NCBI GenBank assembly: GCA_050250895.1
Contig: JBFWNU010000004.1
Span: 366,934 to 430,933 of the forward strand
Direction of reading: 5' to 3'
Length of the DNA stretch: 64,000 nucleotides
Source of the DNA: Vulcanimicrobiota bacterium
GTDB taxonomy: Bacteria; Vulcanimicrobiota; Xenobia; Xenobiales; JADMJV01
Numbering within the stretch: the stretch's first letter is position 1; every line of letters starts with the position of its first letter. Position numbers and translations under genes: made by a program. This document shows positions 46,620-56,530 of the stretch, piece after piece. The notes beneath the pieces are model-generated. The model ran no database searches and was not told the DNA's origin. It was given only the letters and a program-made list of their open reading frames with translations.

Positions 46620-48235
46620 CGGGCGGGAAAGCGATAGACCTGGTAGACCCAGATCTGGGCAATCTTGTCGGCCCCGGCGGTCAGGCGCTCGAGGAGTCTG
46701 GCTTCTTCCTTCTGATACAGGTCGGGGTCCATGCTGGGGTATTCGGCCCGAATGCTCGAAGCGGTCGAGAGAAAGAGCACTCCACAGCGGTCGGCCGCTC
46801 GGATCTGTCGCTCAGCTTTTTCGAAGGCCTCTTCCGGATAATAGAGGGGAACCAGGCTCTCGAAATCGGTGGGGTTGTGGGCTCCCACCAACCAGACCAG
46901 CTGGGGAAGCTCGGGAAAGGCGAAGAGGTTCTGGCCGGCAAACTGCTGGGTCAAAACGTTGCTCAACTGCTGGGTGGCCGCGGCCACTTGAGGATCGTTG
47001 GCATACAGGGTGCCGCGCGGAAAGCGAATAGGATAGCGGTATGGGCCCCAGCCGATGACATTGTCGAGGCCGTGCGTCAAGAACACGGTCACCACACACG
47101 CGGCCACTGTCCTGGCCAGGCGGGGATAGGCCGATTGAAGCCAATAGAGCAGGTAGGCCAGCGCGGGATACCAGGCCACCGTCAAAAAATTAAAGTGGTA
47201 ACGAGTGGCCCGGGCCATGGCAAAATAGGTCGAGACCCACAACAGGAGCAGCAACCCCAGTAGCAAGCTCCGGCCGGCATCGTCGAGAGCCTGGGAGTGA
47301 CGCAGCCTGGTCGCGTAGACCACGGTGAGCACGATCAGGACCGGGAAAAAGCCGGTATACTTCACTAGATCCACTCCGGCAAAGGCGGCGGCCCGCACGA
47401 ACCAGACCAGCCAGCTAACGATGGACGGATTGCCGAACTGGGAGAGCCCCGAAGAAAGCGTCTGGAAATGTCCGAGGGCCAGCCCCCAGTCGAACGGATA
47501 GCCCTGGACGGCTTTGTATTCGAGCACGTTGAACAGGATCGCCTGAGACCAGAAGTCGCCAAAGACGCCCCGCCAGAGCATCCAGCCGACAAAGAGGGCT
47601 CCCGGGATAGCCGCGCCGGCCACCAGATAGGCCAAACGCTCGAGCCGCGCCTCCTGGCTGACCACCACCATGAGCGCCAGGGCCAGGCAGACAGCCACTC
47701 CCCGCGGTTGCAGATAGAGCACGGTCAGCCCGGCGAGAAGACCTGCCCCCAGTTGGTGGCGGGGCTGGCTGGCGTAAGCCGAACAGAGGAGGGCGAGCAG
47801 AGCGGGGATCGAGGCATCCCAGTGATAGACAGCCATGGGGAACATCTGGCCCCCCACACAGGCGAACATCAGCGGCGGGATGGCCGACCAGAGCCGAGGC
47901 ATGAGGCAGCGACTGACCAGCCAGACGGCCACGCAAAGCAGGCACAGCGACAGCATGAAGTAGAGCCGGGCCACCCAGATCTGCTCGCCCAGGGCGAGAA
48001 AGAAGATTTTCAGACCGAACGGCGTCCCCGGCATGAAGCGCATGAAGAAGTCGCGATAGGGAAGTTGCCCCTGGTTGAGGCGCGAGGCCCACTCGAGCAT
48101 GTTACCCTCGTCTTGCAGCACCAGGTAGGCCGAACGAGAGGGCCAGATGGCCGCCAGTTGCAGCCAGAAGACGAGGGCCGAGCCCTTGACCAATTCGGAG
48201 GCCGACGGCGTCTGGTAGGAGCGCGATTCGGTCAT
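46616..48235 (-). CDS. GT-C fold (ArnT/PMT-like) glycosyltransferase
   Basis: DEG in the first periplasmic loop, GQLPYRDFF...PG, and many TM helices. Confidence 0.75.
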   Translation of the reverse strand: MTESRSYQTPSASELVKGSALVFWLQLAAIWPSRSAYLVLQDEGNMLEWASRLNQGQLPYRDFFMRFMPGTPFGLKIFFLALGEQIWVARLYFMLSLCLLCVAVWLVSRCLMPRLWSAIPPLMFACVGGQMFPMAVYHWDASIPALLALLCSAYASQPRHQLGAGLLAGLTVLYLQPRGVAVCLALALMVVVSQEARLERLAYLVAGAAIPGALFVGWMLWRGVFGDFWSQAILFNVLEYKAVQGYPFDWGLALGHFQTLSSGLSQFGNPSIVSWLVWFVRAAAFAGVDLVKYTGFFPVLIVLTVVYATRLRHSQALDDAGRSLLLGLLLLLWVSTYFAMARATRYHFNFLTVAWYPALAYLLYWLQSAYPRLARTVAACVVTVFLTHGLDNVIGWGPYRYPIRFPRGTLYANDPQVAAATQQLSNVLTQQFAGQNLFAFPELPQLVWLVGAHNPTDFESLVPLYYPEEAFEKAERQIRAADRCGVLFLSTASSIRAEYPSMDPDLYQKEEARLLERLTAGADKIAQIWVYQVYRFPAR

Positions 48236-48238
48236 GGA

Positions 48239-49897
48239 CTAGCGCGCCCCTGACGGGGGAGGAACGGGCCGCGTCCAGAGAGGAATCTCGGTCTCCTTGA
48301 TGATCTCGATGGTGGGATAGGTGAAGTACTCGACATCGACGGCCGTCAGGCTCACCAGCGGCTCCTGGCCCTGGTACGAGCCTTCGGGACGACGCACGAA
48401 GAAGTGATTGGGCGCCTGCAACCAGTTGAGCACTCGCAGCGGCCAGGAACGCTTGTAGCTGTAGCGATTATGGGTGTAGTAGACCAGAAACTCGGTAAAG
48501 CGACGGCTGGTCTCTTCGGAATAGCGGTCCTCGCCAAAGGCGGCCTTCACCTTGGGGAGCTGGGCGGGTTCGACCTGGTTGAGAAACCGGGCCACCACCG
48601 GCGAGTGGGTGGCTCCGTAGGTCTCGACCAGCCTCGGTTCGGAGCGAAGAAAGAAAAAACGGCTCTGGACCATCTCGAGTTCGTAGAGAGAAAAGTCGGA
48701 GGGAGCCAGCTCATAGGTCTGACCACTGGCGCCGGTGCCGACGAGCCGAAATCGATTGACGAAGGGCGTGTCGTACCAGAAGAAGCTGGTGGGCAGCAAG
48801 AAGAAGATGCCCAGGCAGTACATCGCCAACCACAGACCGCGGTGATAGCGGTTGAAGATGGGCCTCAGAAAGCGACCGCGGCCTCGCCAGAGAACGAAGA
48901 TCAGGACCAGATCGAGCAACATCCAGGTCCAGAAGAAGATCCCGCTGGTCACCAGGATCAGCGCGTGCAGCCCGATGACGCCGACCAGGCCCAGTTGAGC
49001 GCTGCGACGTCCCCAGATCAGCAGGATACCGCCCAACTCGAGCAGCAAGGCGCCGACCTGCATAGGCACGGCGAAGACCGACATCGACCGGGCTACGCTC
49101 TCGATCTCGGCCTGGTTCATCCAGGTGTGCATGCGGTAGATCCAGCCGGCCGGGAGCAGGTGGCTCATATCGTTGCCCAGCACCCAACGCAGGCCGCCCG
49201 CATAGAAGATCTTGCCGACTCCGGCGTTGAAATAGAAAAATCCCGTCAGGGCGATGGCCAAAAAGACGAAAAAGCGCCGGTTGAGCTTGAGGCAGTATTG
49301 CACCGGCAGATAGGCTGCGAACAGGATCATCATATCCCAGGGCAGGCGCTTGTCGAGCAAAAACCAGAAGTAGCCAAAGACCGGAAAGCGAAACTGCAGA
49401 CTGATGGTGGTGATGGTGGCGATAAAGGGATAGATGAACAGCGGGTGCCTCCACAGGGCCAGCCAGAGCACGATGAGGCAGAGGCGGTCGCCCAGGTGCT
49501 CTTGCCCGAAGAAATAGTTCATCTGATAGGCGCTAAAGATCCAGGTCAGAATGGCGGTGGTGGCCAGAACGATGATGCGAGCGTTGCCGCTGGGGTCGAT
49601 AGCCTCCCAGCTCAGCTCGTCTTTGACGTGATACGAAATGATGACGAACAGGCCGGCCAGAGCCAGCACCAGGGGCCTTTTGAGTTGCTCCCACATGAGA
49701 AAGGGAGCGCGAAAAACCGCCTCATCAAGACCCAGTACGCTCTGGGACATGATCCAGACGAGATTGAATAGAAGGATGACCGCCACCATCGCGAGCAGGC
49801 CTTTGGAGCGGAGAAAACGGCTCACGGCCCTTCGATTCCGTGTCGCCAGGGGAAGAACCTCTCCTGGAACTCTGGCCACCACGAGCTGGTTATGCAT
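48239..49897 (-). CDS. Polytopic membrane protein, HTTM-like
   Basis: FYFNAGVGK...W, LLELG and LH...SGIFF motifs; soluble C-terminal domain. The start is uncertain. Confidence 0.55.
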   Translation of the reverse strand: MHNQLVVARVPGEVLPLATRNRRAVSRFLRSKGLLAMVAVILLFNLVWIMSQSVLGLDEAVFRAPFLMWEQLKRPLVLALAGLFVIISYHVKDELSWEAIDPSGNARIIVLATTAILTWIFSAYQMNYFFGQEHLGDRLCLIVLWLALWRHPLFIYPFIATITTISLQFRFPVFGYFWFLLDKRLPWDMMILFAAYLPVQYCLKLNRRFFVFLAIALTGFFYFNAGVGKIFYAGGLRWVLGNDMSHLLPAGWIYRMHTWMNQAEIESVARSMSVFAVPMQVGALLLELGGILLIWGRRSAQLGLVGVIGLHALILVTSGIFFWTWMLLDLVLIFVLWRGRGRFLRPIFNRYHRGLWLAMYCLGIFFLLPTSFFWYDTPFVNRFRLVGTGASGQTYELAPSDFSLYELEMVQSRFFFLRSEPRLVETYGATHSPVVARFLNQVEPAQLPKVKAAFGEDRYSEETSRRFTEFLVYYTHNRYSYKRSWPLRVLNWLQAPNHFFVRRPEGSYQGQEPLVSLTAVDVEYFTYPTIEIIKETEIPLWTRPVPPPSGAR

Positions 49898-50350
49898 CAG
49901 GTGAGACTTTTGCTGAGCACGATCCTGGTGGCCCTGGTGGCGTGGTGGCTATGGCCCGTCCCCGAGCCCGATTGGGCTCACCTGAGCGACCAGCAGTGGC
50001 AGCAACGCTTGAGCGCCGAACAATACCACATCCTTCGCGAGGGTGGCACCGAACCGCCCGGCACCGGCCTCTATGCCAAGCCGGGCCAGCCAGGCACGTT
50101 TCGCTGTGCCGGCTGCGGCCAGCCCCTGTTTGCCAGCCAGAAGCAGTACGACTCGGGCACCGGCTGGCCCAGCTTTACCCAGCCCCTCGAGGGGGCTGTC
50201 GACCACCACCAGGACAATACTTTCATGTTCGCCCAGGTCGAAGTGCGCTGCGGCCGCTGCCTGGGTCATCTGGGACACGTCTTTCCCGACGGTCCTAAGC
50301 CGACCGGAACGCGCTACTGCATCAATTCGCTGGCCCTCGAGCTAGAATAG
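49892..50350 (+). CDS. msrB: Peptide-methionine (R)-S-oxide reductase with an N-terminal signal/TM segment
   Basis: GTEPP, CAGC, DSGTGWPSF, CGRC, HLGHVFPDGP and RYCINS motifs. Confidence 0.95.
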   Translation: MHQVRLLLSTILVALVAWWLWPVPEPDWAHLSDQQWQQRLSAEQYHILREGGTEPPGTGLYAKPGQPGTFRCAGCGQPLFASQKQYDSGTGWPSFTQPLEGAVDHHQDNTFMFAQVEVRCGRCLGHLGHVFPDGPKPTGTRYCINSLALELE

Positions 50351-51555
50351 GCACCGAAGGCCAGCACGGCGTTGAGCCCGCCGAAGGCGAAAGAATTGGA
50401 AATCGCTTTCTGGACGGGGGCTTCGAGAGCCTGATTGGCCACTACCTTGACCCGACATTCCGGATCGTCTTGCTGATGATGGATGGTGGGAGGGACCAGC
50501 CCATGATGCAGGGCCAGCAGAGTGGCGCACGCCTCCAACGCCCCGGCCGCCCCCAGCGCGTGGCCGTGCATCGACTTGGTCGAGGTGACCAGCAGTTGGT
50601 CGGCATGCTCCCCGAACACCTCACGGATGGCACTCGACTCGGTGGCGTCGTTGAGCGGAGTGCCGGTGCCGTGGGCGTTGATATGGTCGATCTCGGTCGG
50701 GACGAGCCCTGCATCGGACAGGGCCGCCCGCATGGCCAGGGCCGCTCCCTCGGCCAGAGGCCGCACCACGTGGTGGGCGTCGGCGCTCATGCCAAAACCC
50801 AGCACCTCGCCATAGATCCGGGCCCCCCGGGCCTGAGCCAGGCTCAACTCCTCGAGCATCAGCACAGCCCCGCCTTCGCCCAGGCTCAAGCCCTGGCGGT
50901 CGGCCGAAAAGGGTCGGCAAGGTTCAGGGTCGACCGCTCGGGTCGCTTCCCAGGCGCGCAAGTTGCCCAGGGCAAAGGGGGCTTCGCTGCCTCCGGCCAG
51001 GGCCCGGTCGATCACTCCCTGGCGGATCATCCAAAAGGCCATGCCGATGGCGTGATTGGCCGAGGAGCAAGCCGTGGAAAGGGTAAAACACGGTCCCATC
51101 AGCCCTGTCTCGGCGGCCAATCCGCTGGCGCCCGAGTTAGCCATGACCCGGGGCACCGTCAGCGGAATGACCCGCGGACGATTCTGGATATACAGGCGCT
51201 GGCTCTCTTCGTCCTGGGTCATCTGGCCGGCGCTGGCCGTAGCCGACACGATGGCCGTGCGCACCCGGTCTTCGGGACCGGGCTCGAAACCAGAATCGGC
51301 CAGGGCCTGGCGCCCGGCCAACACGTAATACTGCCCAAAAGGGTCGAGTGAAGCCAGGGCCGACTTCTCGAAATGGGCGCTGCCGTCCCAATCGGGCATC
51401 CAGGCCGCCGTCTTGATGCGCAACTCGGGAAAGCGCGTGAAAGGCGTGATGGCGCAGACACCGGAGGTGAGCCCCTGCCAGAAGTCAGGCCAGCCCAAGC
51501 CCAGGGGACTGACCACGCCAAGCCCGGTGACTACCACCCGCCGGGCTGGCATCAC
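50314..51555 (-). CDS. Beta-ketoacyl-ACP synthase II, NodE-like
   Basis: TACSS, NAHGTGT, KSMHGH and NSFAFGG motifs; the RAWEATR...CRPFSADR..L.LGEG segment recalls NodE. Confidence 0.9.
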   Translation of the reverse strand: MMPARRVVVTGLGVVSPLGLGWPDFWQGLTSGVCAITPFTRFPELRIKTAAWMPDWDGSAHFEKSALASLDPFGQYYVLAGRQALADSGFEPGPEDRVRTAIVSATASAGQMTQDEESQRLYIQNRPRVIPLTVPRVMANSGASGLAAETGLMGPCFTLSTACSSANHAIGMAFWMIRQGVIDRALAGGSEAPFALGNLRAWEATRAVDPEPCRPFSADRQGLSLGEGGAVLMLEELSLAQARGARIYGEVLGFGMSADAHHVVRPLAEGAALAMRAALSDAGLVPTEIDHINAHGTGTPLNDATESSAIREVFGEHADQLLVTSTKSMHGHALGAAGALEACATLLALHHGLVPPTIHHQQDDPECRVKVVANQALEAPVQKAISNSFAFGGLNAVLAFGAYSSSRASELMQ

Positions 51556-51788
51556 TCAGTCTGCAACCCCCGCACCAATTCGATGAGGTCGTTGACGGTG
51601 TTCACGTCACGGGCGCCCTGATCAGGAATCGAGAGGTCGAACTCTTCTTCGAGATTGAAAATGATCTCCATCGAGACAATCGAATCAAAGCCGATCTCGT
51701 CGAACGGCTGGTCCAACGGAATGTCGGAAGGACTGAGATCAACACGCTCGGCGACGACCGCCAAGACCCTGTTCGCCAATGGATCCAC
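51552..51788 (-). CDS. Acyl carrier protein (NodF-like)
   Basis: GFDSI phosphopantetheine Ser and LEEEFDLSIPD; 78 aa from the GTG at 51788; coupled to the ketosynthase. Confidence 0.88.
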   Translation of the reverse strand: MDPLANRVLAVVAERVDLSPSDIPLDQPFDEIGFDSIVSMEIIFNLEEEFDLSIPDQGARDVNTVNDLIELVRGLQTE

Positions 51789-51882
51789 GCCCGGGTGCTT
51801 CCTAAACGGCCGGGTTGATTCCTCCCCGAACGCGCCAAAGCCCAGGAAGGAAACCCGTAGCACGAGATAGCAGAAAGCCAAC

Positions 51883-52758
51883 ATGCCGCCCCATCCCATA
51901 GAATTACTCGAACAAGTCGAGAGCTGGCAGTGGCCCCCCGCTACCGGGCAGGTGTTGCTGACCATCTTCAAGACCGATCCGAACCCCGACATGCGCTGCC
52001 GGGCGGCCATGATGCTGGGCGATCTGGCCGTGTTCAACGACCAGATCGGGGCCGCTCTGTTGGCATGCGTTCGCGACGCCGAGCTACCGGCGGAGGTGCG
52101 CGCCTCGGCCGCGGTGGCGCTGGGTCCCGCCCTCGAGCAGACCGAGCTGGTCGGTTTCGACGACCTCGAGTTCGACCCCCCACCGCTACCCGAAGAACTG
52201 TTCGAGCAGATTCAAGAGACCTTTCACGAACTCAGTCAAGAGCCCACCCAGTCTGCCCTGCTGCGCCGGCGGGCGCTGGAGGCCTCGGTGCGCGCCCCCG
52301 AAGCCTGGCATCGAGAGTCGGTCGAAAACGCCTGGAAGACCAACGATTGCGAGTGGCAAACCACGGCCGTCTTTTGCATGGGCTACCTGCCCGGCTTTGA
52401 AGACAAGATCCTTGAGGCCCTCAAAAGCCCTCATCAGATGGTGGTCAACGAAGCCGTCTATACGGCCGCCGAACGGGGCATGCCTCAGGTCTTCGAGCGA
52501 TTGGCCGCTATGGCCCGCGACGACAAGCTGGCTGACGAACAGCGCTTCATCGCCATCGGCGGCCTGGGAGCCATGGCCACCGACCAATCGGTGGCCGTCC
52601 TCACCGAACTGAGCACCTCTACCAACGAGGAAATCGCGCGCTCAGCCAAAGAGGCCTTGATGGACGCCCAGGTGGTCGGGCAGCTCGATGGCGAAGAGGA
52701 GTGGCCCGAAGAAGACGATTTTGACCCCGAGAAAGGGACTGCCGGGGCCGATAACTAA
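51883..52758 (+). CDS. HEAT-repeat protein
   Basis: Repeated helical units (VRASAAVALG, RCRAAMMLG) and an acidic tail. Confidence 0.75.
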   Translation: MPPHPIELLEQVESWQWPPATGQVLLTIFKTDPNPDMRCRAAMMLGDLAVFNDQIGAALLACVRDAELPAEVRASAAVALGPALEQTELVGFDDLEFDPPPLPEELFEQIQETFHELSQEPTQSALLRRRALEASVRAPEAWHRESVENAWKTNDCEWQTTAVFCMGYLPGFEDKILEALKSPHQMVVNEAVYTAAERGMPQVFERLAAMARDDKLADEQRFIAIGGLGAMATDQSVAVLTELSTSTNEEIARSAKEALMDAQVVGQLDGEEEWPEEDDFDPEKGTAGADN

Positions 52759-52793
52759 AAACCGCTTTCCCACTCAAGATTCAGGAGGACCCG

Positions 52794-54059
52794 ATGAACC
52801 TGCAAGAGAGCGCCAAGCGAGTGATCCAAGACCTCAAAGAGCTGGCCGAGTTGACCTCGACCCCGGAGGGCGCTCAGCGGGTAGCCTGGGGCCCCATCTG
52901 GCGCAAGTCCCGCGACTGGTTCGAGGGCAAGGTCCAAGAGATCGGGCTAACCATGGAGCGCGACTCGGCCGGCAACGCCTGGGTCACCCTCCCCGGCGCC
53001 AGCGAAGAAGTGGTCATCATCGGCGGCCACCTCGACTCGGTGCCCAACGGCGGGTGGCTCGACGGAGTGCTGGGCACCCTCTCGGCTTTGGAAGCGCTGC
53101 GCCGGGCCAAAGCGGCCGGCACTCCGCCGGTGACCCTCAAAGCGGTGGATTGGGCCGACGAAGAAGGAGCGCGCTTCGGTCGCAGCTTGCTGGGCTCGGC
53201 GGCCGCCGGCGGCAGCCTCGAGATCGAAGAGGTCCGCGAGCTGCTCGACAAGGACGGCATCCGCTTAGAAGACGCCTTGCGCGAGAACGGGGTCAACCTC
53301 GACACCATGCTCAAGGCCCACGACGAGCTCAAGACCATCCCCTCCAAGGCTTACCTCGAGTTGCACATCGAGCAAGGTCCGGTGCTCGAGGCCCAAAATT
53401 TACCCACGGGCGTGGTCATGGGCACCTTTGGCGTCGAACGCCACCGCATGCGTTTCGTGGGTCAGGCGGCCCACTCGGGCTCCACCCCTATCCCCCACCG
53501 ACGCGACGCTTTTCTGGCGGCCGCCCAGACGGCCCTCGAGTGCCGCCAGATCGGGCTGCGCCATTCGACCCCCGAAAGCAACGTGGTGTGTACCGTGGGC
53601 ATGGTCGAGGTCGAACCGTGTATCGTGACGGCCGTGCCCGGTGTGTGCACCATCTCGCTGGATCAACGGGCTTTGCACGCCGAGGTGCTGGCGAAGATGA
53701 ACCAGGAGGCCCGCGAGGCCTCTGAGCGCTTTGCCAAGGAAAACAACGTTACCGTCGAGTGGAGCAAACTGTGGCAGATCGAGCCTCGCCCCTTCGACCC
53801 CGACTTGATTCGCCTTTGCGAAGAAGCTGTCAAAGAAGTGACCGGCCACGCTCCCAGGTTGCCCTCGGGCCCGCTTCACGACGCCGCCGAGATGGTGCCC
53901 CATATGCCGACGGTGATGATGTTTGCTTACTCCTCGAACGGTCTTTCCCACTGCAAAGAAGAAGACACTCCCATCGAGCACCTGGACAAGACCATTCAGT
54001 CCTTCCTGCTGTTGGCCGAAAAGACGGTCAACCACCTGGCCGCCACGGCCACCCGCTAA
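52794..54059 (+). CDS. M20-family N-carbamoyl-L-amino acid/allantoate amidohydrolase
   Basis: GHLDSVPNGGWLDG, DEEGARF, ELHIEQGP, HDA and GLSH motifs; AGGAGG RBS. Confidence 0.92.
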   Translation: MNLQESAKRVIQDLKELAELTSTPEGAQRVAWGPIWRKSRDWFEGKVQEIGLTMERDSAGNAWVTLPGASEEVVIIGGHLDSVPNGGWLDGVLGTLSALEALRRAKAAGTPPVTLKAVDWADEEGARFGRSLLGSAAAGGSLEIEEVRELLDKDGIRLEDALRENGVNLDTMLKAHDELKTIPSKAYLELHIEQGPVLEAQNLPTGVVMGTFGVERHRMRFVGQAAHSGSTPIPHRRDAFLAAAQTALECRQIGLRHSTPESNVVCTVGMVEVEPCIVTAVPGVCTISLDQRALHAEVLAKMNQEAREASERFAKENNVTVEWSKLWQIEPRPFDPDLIRLCEEAVKEVTGHAPRLPSGPLHDAAEMVPHMPTVMMFAYSSNGLSHCKEEDTPIEHLDKTIQSFLLLAEKTVNHLAATATR

Positions 54060-54060
54060 C

Positions 54061-54951
54061 ATGCGCCGCCGGTTGATCCTCGCTACGCTGCTGGTGTTGG
54101 CGACCGCGGCGGGCTGGGCCAAAGAGACCCGTGAGGCCTTCTCGGTGGAGGTGCCCAAAGGCTGGGCCACCAACGGCGCGTTGTCTCGTTCTTCCAGCCA
54201 TGTGTATCTGGTGCGCGAAGGCAAACCGTGGAAGTTCTCGATGTCGCGCCAGCCCAGCAACATTCCCTCGCAGGCTGCGGCCCGCAAAGCTCGCACCTCG
54301 CCACCCCAGCAGAAGGTCCTTTCGATCTCCAAGCTCAAGGTGGACAAGCGTGAGGGCTTTGTGGTCGACTGGACCTCGTACGGCGGCAAACGCCTGCAAG
54401 AAGCGTTCATTCCTGATAAAGGCGAAGGCTACTTCTTGATCACCTTCGAGTGCCCGGCGGCCGACTACGGCCGCAGCCTCAACGACTGGAAGCGGTTGCT
54501 CAAGGGGATCGATCTCAGGCTTTCTAACGACGCGGCCGCCAGCCCCTCGGGGGGGGTGGTAGCCAAAGAGACTTTTACGGTTGAACTGCCTGAGGGCTGG
54601 GCCGAGGCCAGGACCACCCAGCGCGACAAGAGACGGGCAATGCTCGAGTTCTCGGCCCCCGGAGCGCGGGCCCAGGTCGACATCTCTGACGACAAAATGG
54701 CCCCGGCCACGCTCGAGCAGCTGATGCCACGCTCCAAAGAAGCCAGGCTGGCCGACAGCGGCAAAGCGAACATCTCGCGACGCCACGGCATCTTCGTAGC
54801 CGAGGTCTTTCAGAGCGAGCGTATCGAGCTCTATCACCTCGACAATGGCCGCGGGGGGCGCTATCTCATCCATTTCTCCTGCCTCGAGGCCGACTATCAC
54901 AAGATCAAACCCAGCTGGAAAAAGCTCTTGGGTCGCCTGAAGTTGCAATGA
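54061..54951 (+). CDS. Secreted protein with two PsbP/DcrB-like repeats
   Basis: Signal peptide; duplicated FSVEVPKGW/FTVELPEGW and YFLITFEC/YLIHFSC segments. Confidence 0.65.
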   Translation: MRRRLILATLLVLATAAGWAKETREAFSVEVPKGWATNGALSRSSSHVYLVREGKPWKFSMSRQPSNIPSQAAARKARTSPPQQKVLSISKLKVDKREGFVVDWTSYGGKRLQEAFIPDKGEGYFLITFECPAADYGRSLNDWKRLLKGIDLRLSNDAAASPSGGVVAKETFTVELPEGWAEARTTQRDKRRAMLEFSAPGARAQVDISDDKMAPATLEQLMPRSKEARLADSGKANISRRHGIFVAEVFQSERIELYHLDNGRGGRYLIHFSCLEADYHKIKPSWKKLLGRLKLQ

Positions 54952-54956
54952 TGACC

Positions 54957-54978
54957 CCGGTTGCAACCGGTTAGCAAC
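54957..54978. promoter_or_regulatory. Candidate operator: palindrome CCGGTTGCAACCGG overlapping TGCAACCGGTTAGCAAC
   Basis: Intergenic. The 17-mer recurs with one mismatch at 58439-58455. Confidence 0.5.
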
Positions 54979-55000
54979 AGCCGGCCGTTAAGGTTCGGCT

Positions 55001-56530
55001 ATGCTCTCTGCGGCTAACCATACGCGTTACGGAGGCTGCCTGGCAGCTTATCTGCACAAGCCTGACGGCAGCGAGTTTCAGCTCGCTCTGGCCGAGCCGG
55101 GCTTGCTCTTGCAGGACGAACGAGAAGCTTTAGCCGTGACCCGCGATCTCGACGGGCAGCCCCGATTGGTGGGGCTGGAGGGCGACCAGGTTCTTTTCTC
55201 GGCCCCGTTGGCGGGTGAAGTGCTCGAGTTGACCCGAGGCGCCTCGGTGCTGGTCTCGACCGAAGACCAGATCCAGAGCTTTGACCCCGCCACCGGCCAG
55301 CCACTGGGAGCCTTTGCTACTCGCGCCCGAGTAGAGCAACTAGGCCAGGGTCTGGCGGTGGTCGAAGACAATACCGTCAAGCTGCTCGATGCTCGCATGG
55401 GGCTGGCTCACCAGGTCGAACTCGACTTTCGCCCCCGCAAGCTGATGCCGCTCGGCCCAGCCTTGCTCTTGATGGGTCGGGATGAAGCCGACCACCTCTG
55501 CCTGGAGGTGATCGACGCCACCGGCCAGAGCTTGCACGCCGACCGCGATTTCGAAGAGTTCTCGCTCTCGCTCCATCCCGACGGCCGCCTGCTCTATGTC
55601 AACGAGAACCAGCGCCTGATGCAGTTCAAGGTGGGCGAGCCGACGGCCGAGACCCTGCGCTGGGTGGGCCGGGGGGCTAAGCCCGTGCCGCTCGAGTCGG
55701 GCTTTCTGCTCGAAGACGATGGCAAGGTCGAGGCCTACACCGAGGACAACCGTTATGTGACCAGCTTTCGCTTCGGCTATCGCGAGGTGCTCGACCGGCT
55801 GACCGCCACCCCCAACGGGGCCTACGCCATTACCCGCAAGTATCTCGACGACGGCGGCTATCTGCGTCGCCTCTATCGTCTGGACCAGCGCCAGGGAGCC
55901 CAGGAGCTTTACCGCGTCGAGGGCCACAACACCCTCTTCGAAGCCAGCTTCGAGCCCGACGGCGGCTTTCTCATCAAGCACGACGATCGGGTCGAACGCC
56001 ACGGTGCCGATGGCAGCCTGGTCGAGACCCTGCCCCCTCAAGACGAGCCGCAGCCGGCCAACCTCTATCGAACCACGGTCAAAGCCGAGCCACTCGAGGC
56101 CCAGCCGACCGCCTGTCCCGTCCCGGTGCCCCAGTTTCACTCCGACGGCCACAAGCTCGACTACAACCCGCTATTTGACCGCCCCCGCACCCTGATCACC
56201 GCCGACGACGACGAGACCATCACCTCGCTGCTGCCCTGCTACTCGGGCCACAAAGGCTATGTGCTAGCCGGAACCGACGACGGCACCGTGTATTTTGCTC
56301 CGATCGAGGGGGGCCGGCCTCAGGCCTTCGAGCTGGGCAGCCCGGTCACCACCATCTGCCAGCTAGACGATCGCGTGGTGATTGCCAGTCAGGCCGGTGC
56401 TTCCCTCGAACTACGCGCCGACCGGGGCTTCTCGCCGTGGGAAATGCCCGCAGCGACGGTCACCCCCATGGACACGGAAGATGACGCTCTGGTCATCGGC
56501 GACGTGCGCTTACCGATCGAGCAAAGCTGA
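55001..56530 (+). CDS. Beta-propeller-like hypothetical protein
   Basis: Blade-like motifs (FDPATGQ, HPDGRLLY, LAGTDDGTVYF); no signal peptide. Confidence 0.65.
   Translation: MLSAANHTRYGGCLAAYLHKPDGSEFQLALAEPGLLLQDEREALAVTRDLDGQPRLVGLEGDQVLFSAPLAGEVLELTRGASVLVSTEDQIQSFDPATGQPLGAFATRARVEQLGQGLAVVEDNTVKLLDARMGLAHQVELDFRPRKLMPLGPALLLMGRDEADHLCLEVIDATGQSLHADRDFEEFSLSLHPDGRLLYVNENQRLMQFKVGEPTAETLRWVGRGAKPVPLESGFLLEDDGKVEAYTEDNRYVTSFRFGYREVLDRLTATPNGAYAITRKYLDDGGYLRRLYRLDQRQGAQELYRVEGHNTLFEASFEPDGGFLIKHDDRVERHGADGSLVETLPPQDEPQPANLYRTTVKAEPLEAQPTACPVPVPQFHSDGHKLDYNPLFDRPRTLITADDDETITSLLPCYSGHKGYVLAGTDDGTVYFAPIEGGRPQAFELGSPVTTICQLDDRVVIASQAGASLELRADRGFSPWEMPAATVTPMDTEDDALVIGDVRLPIEQS

Noticed and set aside
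44954-47263. 769-aa ORF on the + strand
   Set aside because: A shadow frame overlapping the DUF2079 gene and antisense to the GT-C gene. It has low-complexity composition and no motifs, which is common at high GC.
51789-52037. Long N-terminal extension of the ACP ORF
   Set aside because: It overlaps the divergent HEAT-repeat gene, and an ACP-sized product starts at the GTG at 51788.
52747-52754. GCCGATAA, a perfect sigma28 -10 element upstream of the amidohydrolase
   Set aside because: There is no TAAA at the expected 15-nt spacing, and the site lies in the last codons of the upstream CDS.
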